Below, piece by piece: positions 12,801-23,319 of a stretch of DNA of 64,000 nt; the first letter of the stretch is position 1, and each line of letters begins with the position of its first letter. The stretch covers positions 308,229 through 372,228 of the forward strand of contig NMRA01000158.1 of NCBI GenBank assembly GCA_002633005.1, in the 5' to 3' direction. A model generated the notes under the pieces. That model searched no databases and was not told the DNA's origin. It worked only from the letters and a program-made list of their open reading frames with translations. This DNA comes from Phoronis australis (lineage: Eukaryota; Animalia; Phoronida). Both the position numbers and the translations under genes were made by a program.

Positions 12801-15800
12801 ATGTCTCAAGTGCATTGTTTTTTAAACCTAAAAAGAGGCTCTTTTTGAAATGACCACTGTGTGAATAAGGTCTATGGAAGCAACAGCAGCAGAAGAGATG
12901 CCAGCCCTATTGTAATGAACAGTAGAATAGATGCAAGTCCAGAGATTTACAACAGGTGGCAGCACTGTTATTAAACAGATGGTCAGTCTTGTGACTATAT
13001 CAAATGGCTGGCCTTGTGATTTATTGAACTTTTTTAAGTATGTACATACTCTAGGTAGAAGTGTAAAGTGAAGTCCTCTCATGCTCATCAACATTTTGAA
13101 TCTGACTGTGTGGGGACAAATGGTTTGATTTTGTCATTGACTTAGCTGTGAGCTGAACAGAAGTAAACACGCATGCAGCTCTCACTCATACCGTAACTCT
13201 GGTGCACTAAATAACATTACCTCATGGATGTTGGCTTACCTTGTTTAACCAAGACACATCTGACTTGAGCCAGGTTAACACCTGTCAGGCTTCCAAGTAT
13301 ACCGATCTACAAGTAACATGTGAACAGTATAACACTGAGACTGATATAATTATGGACAAGTGATAACAACAGCGGCCATTAAGGACAACAAAGTGATAAC
13401 AAAAGCGGCCAGTCTAAGTCTCCTGTAGTTAGTTATCATTAATAATAATTAGTGAAAGCCTTCCATCATTTTGTTACGACACTACAAGATTTAAATGACT
13501 ACTAGTGGTAATGATGTGAGTTCATTTATAATGATTTACAGAGCAGCGTCCAGTTGCAAGAAACAGACTTATTAAATTCATTTTTAACTTAAGTCTTAAG
13601 ATTTGTCTTAACTTCCAAACTTCCTTTTCCCCTAAGATAGACACATTAAGACAAAAACCTAAGTCAAACTTCAGATCTCTTTCTCGAAAAGGTCCTGAGA
13701 CAAATTCTAAGTTTTACTTTAACATTTACTAAAATTTAAGAATTGTCTAAGCCAAGTCAGTTTTGTTGGAATGGGCCCCAAGCCATCATGACTGACAAGA
13801 GGCTTTGTGATTGGCTCTTCTCCTCCAGGTGTAAGAAAGACACAGTGCAGGCTCGCAACTTGACATTGACAAATTGACCTGCTGTCAAAACTGATCATGG
13901 GAATTGCAATGGGTAAAATGGCGGCTTGAAAACGAAGGTGTGTCAATAATGATGCGTTCTAAATGGTCAGTTAAGCCGTCACTCAAAATCTTGGCGATAG
14001 GTCAATTAATAATATACTAGGGGTGTTTTAGAATGAAAAAAGTGTTCATTCAGTCCATGGTTCTGACATCCCCTCCACAGATTTATTTATGGCTTTCTTT
14101 TAGAATTTTCATCCCAAAGTCACTACTTAAGGTCAAGGTCATTTGAATACGACCACGAGACAGAAAGATACTCATAGGTTTATTGGCAATCACTTTGAGA
14201 GAGGTGAATGAAGAATTTATTTGGATTTAGGTAAGGTTACTGAGGTCGTATGCACTACGTGGGCAATATACTTCAAAAAGGCGTCATTGTGAACCCGGAA
14301 GACTGTGAAAGCTCAAAGGCACTTTTCAGTGTTCTTTGTCACAGTGTGTCATGGATTAGCAGTGCCCCAAACCTAGCTTGAAACCAAGTCGCATTGCGTT
14401 TTGTGTCACAGAACGTTGTATGTCATTAAAACCATTTGCAATACAACAACAGCATTTGATTTGCAAGAGCTAGACAACCTCTATATTTACACCAAACAAT
14501 TTCACTGACCAAAGCAATGTTTGATGTAGGCCATGCAGCTACAACTCACATAACATGGCGCCCTCTATAGGCACAGATTACCTCAGACTGAAGGCCATCA
14601 ATCTCCTTCATCAACTGTTCTGTAGGTGATCCAGCAGCCAAAGACTGGCCCTCAACTTCCTCTCTGTAAAAAATCAGTTAATACAGCATGGCTAGGGTAT
14701 AATGCTCTAGTACTGTAGCTCATACCTTCTAAAACAAACTACTTGAATGCTAATTTTCAGGAAAACCTATAAATCATTTTTGTAGAAGAGTACACATTAA
14801 CAACTCGGTAACGCAAGAGGCCGACAGGGACATCAGACACATGTGGATGGAAGGTTATAATGATAAGACAAAACTTAAATGACACCAGTCAAAGTGTTAC
14901 GAGAAAGGAGATATACCTCCATGATCGATCACAGTTCACTTACAACCTCTATTGGTATTGCAACAATTACATGCCTTGACGCTTATCAAAACAAAATCAA
15001 TTCCAAGACTGCGAAATCAATTTTGTGATATCCCTAAACATATTCAAATTCACGTAAATGAGGTGAAGTATCCTCGGTCACATGCTAATCTTTGACTATT
15101 TCTAAAAATGTTCTGAAAAGTGACATAAATTGACAAATTATCCTTGGCAAATCGCAAAGTTTTGATGAAAGGAAGTGTCACCAGATATTCGTTCAGGAAA
15201 CGGACAATCCATATGACCCAGCCTCATTTTCACGTCATCTGATGAGTCCTCGGTCGTACCTACCTAGCAAATTGAACAAGTTTACCAAATCAGTGTTGAG
15301 AGATATCAATCAAAACCAATTCAATAGTGAGAGACGTCAATCAAAACCAGTTCAGAACCAAGTCTTCAACTGGAAAGGATTCTGATCTTAGTTTAATCAT
15401 GATTCCCACCACTACTGTCTATGTATTCCTGAGCCACCTATGAAGCCGTCAGTTTCTCACACCCCGCCAGTTTCTAGACCACAACACTTACAATGCTCTG
15501 TCTATGTGCTGCTGAGTCACCCGTGATGACATCAGTTTCTCGTGCCTCGCCAGCTTCTCCTCCAACTCCTGTACCTCTTTCTCCAGTTGAAGTAGTTCCA
15601 TTTCATACTTGTGCTTCTTCAGCAACAGTGGAGACTTACGGGCAGTGATGTTCTCAACCTCATCATCCTCTCTCTCTTGAGAACTGAGAAATCTGCAATT
15701 AAAAAACTACCATTGAGTAACAGCTCCAGTTCGGTACCACAACTGTGCAAACGAGGACGTGAGAAGTGAGAGTATTTCAATGGCAGGATTACCAGGAACA

Positions 15801-17418
15801 GTCTGTAGTAGACAAGCTACAGTGCAATTCATATGGCTCAGCATTTCAGACAGCGACACTGGCTTGATCATGCAGCCATAATATTGAAAAGTTATTCATA
15901 CACAATGAGTTACGGACCAGTCAATATTTTCGGCTATGGGTTCTACAGCCTAAGGATGTCCCCACGGTCTATGGGGATGACGTCACTCATCCAATTCACT
16001 CACAATTACCATTAGTTTGACAAAGGCTGTGTAGTCTCCCAAGCAGGTTTTCCGGATAAAGGCCAAGTATTTTCTTTAGAACACTTAATTGAAAATGGCA
16101 AGTGACTCATTGACAGTAAATGTGAATAACTGTTCAACATCAAGTATCTGCCACTCAAATGAACTTGTGATTAGTTACCTTGGTTCTGACACGGATACTG
16201 CCTTTTATGAAAACACAGAGTCAGGTAGACAGTGAGCATCGTCTCTAGCTTTAGCTGGTCCCAGCAAAGCTCCTACTGGAGCTTCATGCGCCGGAAGCTT
16301 TTTAGCGAATTATGCCTCATACTGATTGAAACGTTGTTGTAAATACCTTTTGTATGTAAATATCACCTTTTCCAGTGAGGTGTGGAATATGTTGCAAGTA
16401 GTTTATCTTTTGCACACAGAGTGACACCGCAGCAGGCCGTCCATGTCTTTAATTCTTTTCAACTCGAACAAATACTTCCACAATCCAAATTTTTCTTCGA
16501 GCAGTCCTTCGTTCAGTTGCCTATTTTTACACTACATGGGCTCTTATTTTTACAATGCCCCCTGGAGCACACGCGCAGTGTTAAAAATGTCCTGTTGCCG
16601 ATTTGGGCAACTGAAGGACTGTTCGAACAAAAAGTTTGATTACAAGAGCATTTGCTCTAGGTTAAAGGAATTAAAGACATCGATGGCATCGTAAGGAAAC
16701 CATCTATGCCCAAAAGGTTTTTACAGCATCGTGACTTTGACGCTTTAATTAGTGTGAGGCATAATTTGATGAAATGATTTCGCCGTATGAAGCTCCTTAT
16801 TAAGGAACTTCACCATATGTACTGAGGCCAGCTAGAGACTGTGGTCAGTGTCTAAGAACCAGGAACATAGTAAAATCTAAACATGTCTTACCTTAAATTC
16901 TAGTTATATGTGGTCTGAGCTCATTATACGAGTCAGATAATGTCTCACTACAAGTCAACACAAGTGACTAGACTTAGAGTCTTTGAGTCTAAGTCTCAGA
17001 TGATTTCTAGGCAGTGGTCCGCTTTAAATAAATAGCAATCCCTGATTTTGAGAACGAGGCAATGGCTGAATAACGTGCCCATTATTCAGTGGATAAAATG
17101 GTTCTAAAAATCAGGGATCGCTATATCCGTGGCAGTGCCCGATTTCTTTCCAATTCCTATCCTATTAGTATTAGCGGTATTAGCCAGCTGGACCTCAAAG
17201 GCTCAAGTCCTCAAGTCAAAGTCAAAACACACACACAACTAGTGAACGATGTCATGCGAGGTAAAAAACACAAATAAAGGCAGAGACTGTGTATGAGATA
17301 ATGGGTGCATAACATAATTAAAATCAATTAAACTGAATAATAGAATATTGTGTTCATACCTCGATATTGTTGTATTTAACCCAGGGACCAGTTCGTCTTG
17401 TTCTGAATTTTCCGCCAT
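9714..17418 (-). CDS. CENPP: Centromere protein P, 9 coding exons, 323 aa
   Basis: Exons 17418-17360, 15692-15492, 14663-14582, 13306-13240, 12401-12313, 11845-11754, 11246-11070, 10889-10801, 9829-9714. All GT-AG, phases consistent, total 972 nt. Motifs match recalled human CENP-P: LGSLTGVN, IWGNAHSFDFRVQF, DLPRFFQSFETFTKW...FSHFKDKY, VTWSIRTEEGKITP, APHKFKEMLTSLGIEKAIE. Confidence 0.92.
10801..10889 (-). CDS. CENPP: CENP-P exon 8
   Basis: LVCTVTWSIRTEEGKITPDISITVKAPNN; TTTCAG acceptor, GTAAGT donor. Confidence 0.9.
11070..11246 (-). CDS. CENPP: CENP-P exon 7
   Basis: LEKTCDLPRFFQSFETFTKWTVARQRAFSHFKDKYSHAVTLPHG...; TTTTTCCAG acceptor, GTGAGT donor. Confidence 0.92.
11754..11845 (-). CDS. 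CENPP: CENP-P exon 6
   Basis: LGDGKWSMKIVNLKIAVEENIVNEMGDLLE; TTTTCAG acceptor, GTGAGT donor. Confidence 0.88.
12044..12304. repeat. Minisatellite, 52-54 bp unit, 5 copies with alternating variants
   Basis: aactatactgatcatcaccac(gt/aa)acaggatac(aa/at)agatt...actcaacat repeated, next to the CENPP exon 5 donor. Confidence 0.95.
12313..12401 (-). CDS. CENPP: CENP-P exon 5
   Basis: KHAEEKVYTIWGNAHSFDFRVQFTVVETL; TTTTAG acceptor, GTAAGA donor. Confidence 0.88.
13240..13306 (-). CDS. CENPP: CENP-P exon 4
   Basis: IGILGSLTGVNLAQVRCVLVKQ; TTGTAG acceptor, GTAAGC donor. Confidence 0.85.
14582..14663 (-). CDS. CENPP: CENP-P exon 3
   Basis: EEVEGQSLAAGSPTEQLMKEIDGLQSE; TTTTTTACAG acceptor, GTAATC donor. 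Confidence 0.85.
15492..15692 (-). CDS. CENPP: CENP-P exon 2 (coiled-coil-like)
   Basis: FLSSQEREDDEV...KYEMELLQLEKEVQELEEKLARHEK...HIDRA; TTGCAG acceptor, GTAAGT donor. Confidence 0.85.
16278..16796. mobile_element. Diverged foldback/MITE in CENPP intron 1
   Basis: Ends GGAGCTTCATGCG ... CGTATGAAGCTCC, with degenerate inverted arms (gaattatgcctca / tgaggcataattt) similar to 18232-19038. Confidence 0.7.
17360..17418 (-). CDS. CENPP: CENP-P exon 1
   Basis: ATG in caaATGGCGG context; MAENSEQDELVPGLNTTIS; AG|GTATGA donor, phase 2, matching exon 2. Confidence 0.75.
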
Positions 17419-18077
17419 TTGTGCCAACAACAGCCACGGTTAACAATGGTCAATAACATTTATGATCGTTAAAATACTTTAATTTCAAAATTAAATCTAG
17501 TTGGTGCCAATTGTTATATTTTTATAATGATATGACTAGTAAGATGTGATTTATAGACTACCTGCATTGAAACACATTTTTCAAAATATTGTCGTCAGTG
17601 TGCTGTTAACAACATGTCGACCTCCTTGCTAAACCCGTGGTGTGGCAGACAATTTTACAAATTTATACCACTGTATAGTGCTGTTGCTAACTAAACATAA
17701 TAAGGCAGACGATTGATACACTAGCCTACCGTGAGTAATACATTTTACTGTCTTGTATGTACGATTTTTAGTTTTCTTGCAGTTTAAGTCACAGTGACAA
17801 GAGCCACAGGCGTCCTCAGCTTCTTTCTGATCGTCCCCAATACACTACACATAATACTACAAGGTATGACACTTCGGACTTGAAATTCCACGGGTGCTTC
17901 ACTTCAGCCGTCCATAGCAAACATAAAACTCAATAAATTTGCACAAAACAGGGGTTCAACAAACCATGAAGAATTGTTCTTTCTCCCAATACCATTCACG
18001 GTGTCCTGTTACGGCGACTTCGTAAGAAATTCGCAGTCAAAGAACAAAAATATTCACAAAAAGCCCCCACACACGTT

Positions 18078-18231
18078 NNNNNNNNNNNNNNNNNNNNNNN
18101 NNNNNNNNNNNNNNNNNNNNNNNNNNNNNNNNNNNNNNNNNNNNNNNNNNNNNNNNNNNNNNNNNNNNNNNNNNNNNNNNNNNNNNNNNNNNNNNNNNNN
18201 NNNNNNNNNNNNNNNNNNNNNNNNNNNNNNN
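18078..18231. other. Assembly gap (N run)
   Basis: Run of n characters. Confidence 1.
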
Positions 18232-19038
18232 GGAAGCTTTTCGGCGAATTATGCCTCGCACCGACTAAACCATCAAAGTCACGTTGTTATAAATACCTTT
18301 TGCGCATAGAGGAACACCTTAGGAGGTTGTCGATGTGTTTAAGTCCTTCCAACTCCAACAAATACTCCCGTTATGAAACTTTTTCTTCGATCAGTCCCTA
18401 TTTCAGTTCCCAAAATCGTGAAATCAAAATTTTTGTACTGTGCACGCTCCAAATTTTTACCACGCTCGCTAGGTGATGTGACTTCATAACCTCAATAATT
18501 TTTAAATAGGCCAAAGGTGACGGAGCCATTGCGGTCTTGTCAGTCAAATGTTCGTTTCCAAAATGCCACCACTTATACTTGTCTTTAATTGGCATTACTT
18601 GAAACTGTTTGTATTTCAATGAATTATTGTTTGTATTTGATAAAAATAAATGCTGTTGATATGACATTTAATAGTCTTTGTGCACATATTTGACATTTTA
18701 ATGTTTAACAACACGGGAAATGCATGGCTGGTTCCCGGCAGCACGTACGCAAAGGGCGGGAACTTCAGCTTTCAAAGTTCTCTGGTAGGATCGCAACTTC
18801 TGACCTTTGGCCTGGTTAAAAAAAATGAAAATTTTGATTTCACGATTTTGGGAACTGAAATAGGGACTGATCGAAGAAAAAGTTTCATAACGGGGGTATT
18901 TGTTGGAGTTGGAAGGACACATCGACAACCTCCTAAGGTGTTCCTCTATGCGCAAAAGGTATTTATAACAACGTGACTTTGATGGTTTAGTCGGTGCGAG
19001 GCATAATTCGCCAAAAAGCTTCCGGCGTACAGAGCGCC
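18232..19038. mobile_element. Foldback-type non-autonomous DNA transposon with about 200 bp near-perfect inverted arms; left tip lost in the gap
   Basis: 18232-18434 is the reverse complement of about 18829-19024 (e.g. gcgaattatgcctcgcaccgactaaaccatcaaagtcacg / cgtgactttgatggtttagtcggtgcgaggcataattcgc). Confidence 0.85.
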
Positions 19039-19135
19039 TATAGCCTCTCCATCGCCTCTGCTTCGGGCCAACAGAGGCGATGGTCATTGCCTAGGAAGGG
19101 ACTAGTCTAGCAACAGGTTACAGTTCTGCCTCCCT

Positions 19136-19232
19136 TTCAGTAACGCTAGGACCTCGTTAAAAAACAAGACTTGGCAAGATGCCGTAATCTCGCAAAGTCT
19201 TGCCTTATTAACGAGGTCCTAGCGTTACTGAA
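19136..19232. repeat. 97 bp palindromic element (second copy near 21826-21922)
   Basis: ttcagtaacgctaggacctcgttaa ... ttaacgaggtcctagcgttactgaa, 25 bp perfect arms plus inner caagactt/aagtcttg pairing. Confidence 0.9.
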
Positions 19233-19887
19233 CTCTACCCAGGTTGAGTACGTAAGATTAACTTCCGGACTGTAGACTGGACAGGTAGACACGCGAGAAC
19301 TTATTTTGATGTTTTAGGACACTTCCAAATATAAAGAAGTGAGTTACAATATAATCACTATGTGACAAACTTGGTCGTCGCCAGCTACCCTGTCATTTCC
19401 CATTGGCTGCTACATACAGGACCTCATTTCAATTGGGATCATTCATTGATCAAATATCACAGCCAATAAATTATCTCCCTTGAACTTGATGGTCAAGCAG
19501 CAGCAGCCAGTGTATAGCTGGTGATCACCAAATGCTGCATCACATAATGACAATACTGAGAACTGTGAAGTCGTGACACTCCCTTTGTTATGGGCAGTGG
19601 TGTAGTGGGGCACACTTAGACACTGTATGTTACCTTTTTCATTTCCAATGTAGCGTCTACATACCGTGCGTTCACCTGTAATGCAATAGTGTGCGAGATG
19701 CACAAGATGATATATTGGACTTCGGTTGTTTGATCTCTGAAATTACCACTACATCACTGATTACAGGCATGTTTTGAAAGATTGAAATAAGCTCTGGTGG
19801 GTAGACTATAGAATCTTAGGAAGGAAGCTGGTGTAATCACTAGATGGCACCACTGTCTAAACTGGCCCAGACTGTGCTCATCCCATA

Positions 19888-20060
19888 GGGCCACCATACG
19901 CTGGATGGCATTTAGTGAATTATGTCTCAAACTGGTTCAACCGTGAAATTCATGTTGCTACTGAATACCATTTGGACCAAGAGCAACACCTTAGGAGGCC
20001 ATTGATGTCTTTAACTCTTCCTAGCTCGATCAAATACTCCGGCAATGGGCCCTTTTTTCG
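19888..20060. mobile_element. Old one-arm fragment of the same foldback family (duplicate near 22588-22760)
   Basis: gggccaccatacgctgga...gaattatgtctca...acaccttaggagg...caaatactcc aligns by eye with the left arms at 16278 and 18232. Confidence 0.6.
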
Positions 20061-20492
20061 CACTATGCAGCAGTTTGTCAGAGCAGCTTATCTCAATCCT
20101 CAATCTTTTTAGAAGAAACCTCTCATGTACTACATAATTATGTGTATGAAAATTGCCATTGTAATGTTTTCCGTCTCGCCACTGTGTGACACACGTGTCA
20201 GTTGCTAACTACCCTATACAAATTAAGACAGATTTCACGAAGAACTCCAACGCCACTTTTTGGTCGCCATGAACGTTTTCACTGAATAGAACTGGGGAAT
20301 ATATTTGCATGTAACTTTCTTAAAATGGCAGCCAACAAGGTAAGCTTAGGTGAAACTCGGCAGAATTTCATGGTTATGTAAGAAATGGTGAAACAAATGC
20401 AGTGTTGAAGCAACTGTAAACAGTGGATTGAAAAAACATTGCTTTGATTCTTGAATGCGCATCTGCCTCAATGTTTTATTTTAGGTGAACTC

Positions 20493-20619
20493 ATGGAGGA
20501 AAAGCGGTTGTTTGTGGGAGGATTGTTCAATGGTATTAAGGAGGCTGATGTGAAGGAAAGGTTCTCCCAATTTGGCACTGTAACAGCTGTGGATATTCGA
20601 GAGAAGACAGATTTGTTGG
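20493..20619 (+). CDS. NOL8: Duplicate (probably allelic) copy of the first NOL8 coding exon
   Basis: MEEKRLFVGGLFNGIKEADVKERFSQFGTVTAVDIREKTDLL, the same peptide as 23193-23319. Confidence 0.6.
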
Positions 20620-21141
20620 GTTTGTGTACTGAATAAGATGCAATCAGTTACTAAGTGTATAGATGTGCAATTATGCATAATTAAGAATGTTAATATACGT
20701 CAAAAAATCTAAAATTGTCCGATGTAAATTGAGAGGTCTTTAAACATGGTGATGTCTCTGCGTTTAAGTTCAGTTTTAATGTCAGATCTCTGAATTACAA
20801 ATATTTCATAATTAGTTAGCAGAGACCTTGGTTTTTCAGGAGTTGGTGAAATCAGAATTCCATCGCGCTATTGTCGGTTTTGAATGGGGTGTGTCAGTAG
20901 TAGTCTAGTATATACAATACTAGTAATTCTTATGTAATTGGTTTTTAATTTTGGAAAATTTGAATTGCAGTTCATCATATTCGTTACCCAATACCAATTC
21001 TGGCCTCATTTATATTACAGTCGCAGCCGACACATTCACGTAGTAGTTTAGTCTTAAGTTTCTCAAGTTGTCACTGTTCTAGTAAATGCAGAAAAAGTAT
21101 TGAAATGACTTAGTTATTACTTTGAAATGACTTAGTTATTA

Positions 21142-21477
21142 CAGTCAAGTGACCTAATTATCGGACGTTTTGGCACGTTTTGCATTATATTTAATTGAAA
21201 ATACTACGGATTGTTGTAAATTCTTTGCTGAAATAAAGATTTACCTTCACGGAATTGTTCTGTTACTATATCTTGTCACTGAAAGCCACATTTATGTTCC
21301 GACTGATCTTCAAAAAACACAACAACCAAACCTTCGGAGAACCTAAATATCGGACACCATGTTTCTCCATACGCCACACGTCCGCGGAAAACTGACTAAC
21401 CATGTAATGGCCGCGGGCACCTTGTCGCCAAATTTCAGCTCGAGTGTTTTGACATATATGCTGCTAGAACCCAGGTC
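21142..21477. mobile_element. Tc1/mariner-pogo-like MITE end, present only in copy A
   Basis: Begins TA|CAGTCAAGTGACC exactly where copy A departs from copy B; repeated tatcggac motif; truncated by N. Confidence 0.5.
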
Positions 21478-21478
21478 N

Positions 21479-21698
21479 AGGTGAACACAAGGTCGTCTCT
21501 CATACAGGTCCTTGACTTCTGGAACCTTCCACGCGCGCCATCCCGAGGTCTGTGGGTACTAGTTGGCAGTGCCTCATCGGTAGATCATCCGTTTGCCGAC
21601 TACGCCATTTGTAGTAATAGCCGAGATCACCCGACCCGGGGATCGAACCCGCGACCCCCATAAAACCGGCAAGCTTACTAACCATTCAGCTAATAGGC
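21479..21698 (-). mobile_element. tRNA-derived SINE (5' part)
   Basis: The minus strand reads GCCTATTAGCTGAATGGTTAG (A box)...GTCGCGGGTTCGATCCCCGG (B box), followed by a non-tRNA body; no proper anticodon or acceptor arm. Confidence 0.7.
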
Positions 21699-23192
21699 AA
21701 TTGCCCGTTAGCGAGTAGCTAACAGAGGCTCATATAATTCACCGGAAGCACATCTACAACAGTCGTAGTGACAAGAGCAAGGAAGGGACTAGATGTCGAG
21801 CAACAGGTTACAGTTCTGCCTCCCTTTCAGTAACGCTAGGACCTCGTTAAAAAGCAAGACTTGGCAAGATTGCGTAATCTCGCAAAGTCTTGCCTTATTA
21901 ACGAGGTCCTAGCCTTACTGAACTCTACCCAGGTTGACTACTTGAGACTAACTTCCGAACTGTACTAGACAAGACAGGTAGACACGCGAGAACTTATTTT
22001 GATGTTTTAGGACACTTCCAAATGAATGACTCCATTGTTACAATATCATCACTATGTGACAAACTTGGTCGTCGCCAGTTACCCTGTCATTTCCCATTGG
22101 CTGCTACAAGACCTTATTTCAATTGGGATCATTCATTGATGATTGATCAAATATCACAGCCAATAAATTATCTCCCTTGAACTTGATGGTCAAGCAGCAC
22201 AGCAGCCAGTGTAGCTGGTGATCACCAAATGCTGCATCACATAATGACAATACTGAGAACCGTGAAGAGTCGTGACACTCCCTTTGTTACGGGCGGTGGT
22301 GTAGTGGGGCACACGTAGGCATGGTATGTTACCTTTTTCATTTCCAATGTAGCGTCTACATACCGTGCGTTGACCTGTAATGCAATAGTGTGCGAGATGC
22401 ACAAGATGATATATTGGACTTCGGGTGTTTGATCTCTGAAATTACCACTACATCACTGATTACAGGCATGTTTTGAAAGATTGAAATAAGCTCTGGTGGG
22501 TAGACTATAGAATCTTAGGAAGGAAGCTGGTGATAATCACTAGATGGCACCACTATCTAAACTGGCCCAGACTGTGCTCATCCCATAGGGCCACCATACG
22601 CTGGATGCCATTTAGTGAATTATGTCTCAAACTGATTAAACCATGAAATTCATGCTGCTACTGAATACCATTTGGACCAAGAGCAACACCTTAGGAGGCC
22701 ATTGATGTCTTTAACTCTTCCTAGCTCGATCAAATACTCCGGCAATGGGCCCTTTTTTCGCATTATGCAGCAGTTTGTCAGAGCAGCTTATCTCAATCCT
22801 CAATCTTTTTAGAAGAAACCTCTCATATACTACATAATTATGTGTATGAAAATTGCCATTGTAATGTTTTCCGTCTCGCCACTGTGTGACACACGTGTCA
22901 GTTGCTAACTACCCTATACAAATTAAGACAGATTTCACGAAGAACTCCAACGCCACGTTTTGGTCGCCATGAACTTTTTCACTGAATAGAATTGGGGAAT
23001 ATAGTTGCACGTAACTTTCTTAAAATGGCAGCCAACAAGGTAAGCTTTGGTGAAACTCGGCAGAATTTCATGGTTATGTAAGAAATGGTGAAACAAATGC
23101 AGTGTTGAAGCAACTGTAAACAGTGGATTGAAAAAACATTGCTTTGATTCTTGAATGCGCATCTACCTCAATGTTTTATTTTAGGTGAACTC

Positions 23193-23319
23193 ATGGAGGA
23201 AAAGCGGTTGTTTGTGGGAGGATTGTTCAATGGTATTAAGGAGGCTGATGTGAAGGAAAGGTTCTCCCAATTTGGCACTGTAACAGCTGTGGACATTCGA
23301 GAGAAGACAGATTTGTTGG
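23193..23319 (+). CDS. NOL8: NOL8 coding exon 1 (RRM RNP2)
   Basis: MEEKRLFVGGL...; acceptor at 23184, donor GTTTGT. Confidence 0.9.

Larger units (their letters stand above)
17419..20324. promoter_or_regulatory. Divergent CENPP/NOL8 intergenic region, putative bidirectional promoter
   Basis: Lies between oppositely oriented 5' ends. YY1-like AAATGGCGG and AAAATGGCAGCC motifs at the two ends. No transcription data available. Confidence 0.45.

Noticed and set aside
12828-13946. Minus-strand ORFs at 12828-13094 and 13719-13946 as CENPP exons or nested genes
   Set aside because: No recognisable similarity; the CENPP model closes in frame without them.
16179-16201. 23 nt micro-exon in CENPP intron 1 (AAAG|GCAG...CAAG|GTAACT)
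   Set aside because: Inclusion shifts exon 2 out of the coiled-coil frame, whereas exon 1 joins exon 2 directly in phase.
18680-19087. ORFs in the foldback element as a transposase
   Set aside because: Short, no DDE or HTH motifs, and they arise from inverted-repeat sequence.
21625-21698. tRNA gene
   Set aside because: A and B boxes are present but there is no complete cloverleaf or Pol III terminator; better explained as a SINE head.
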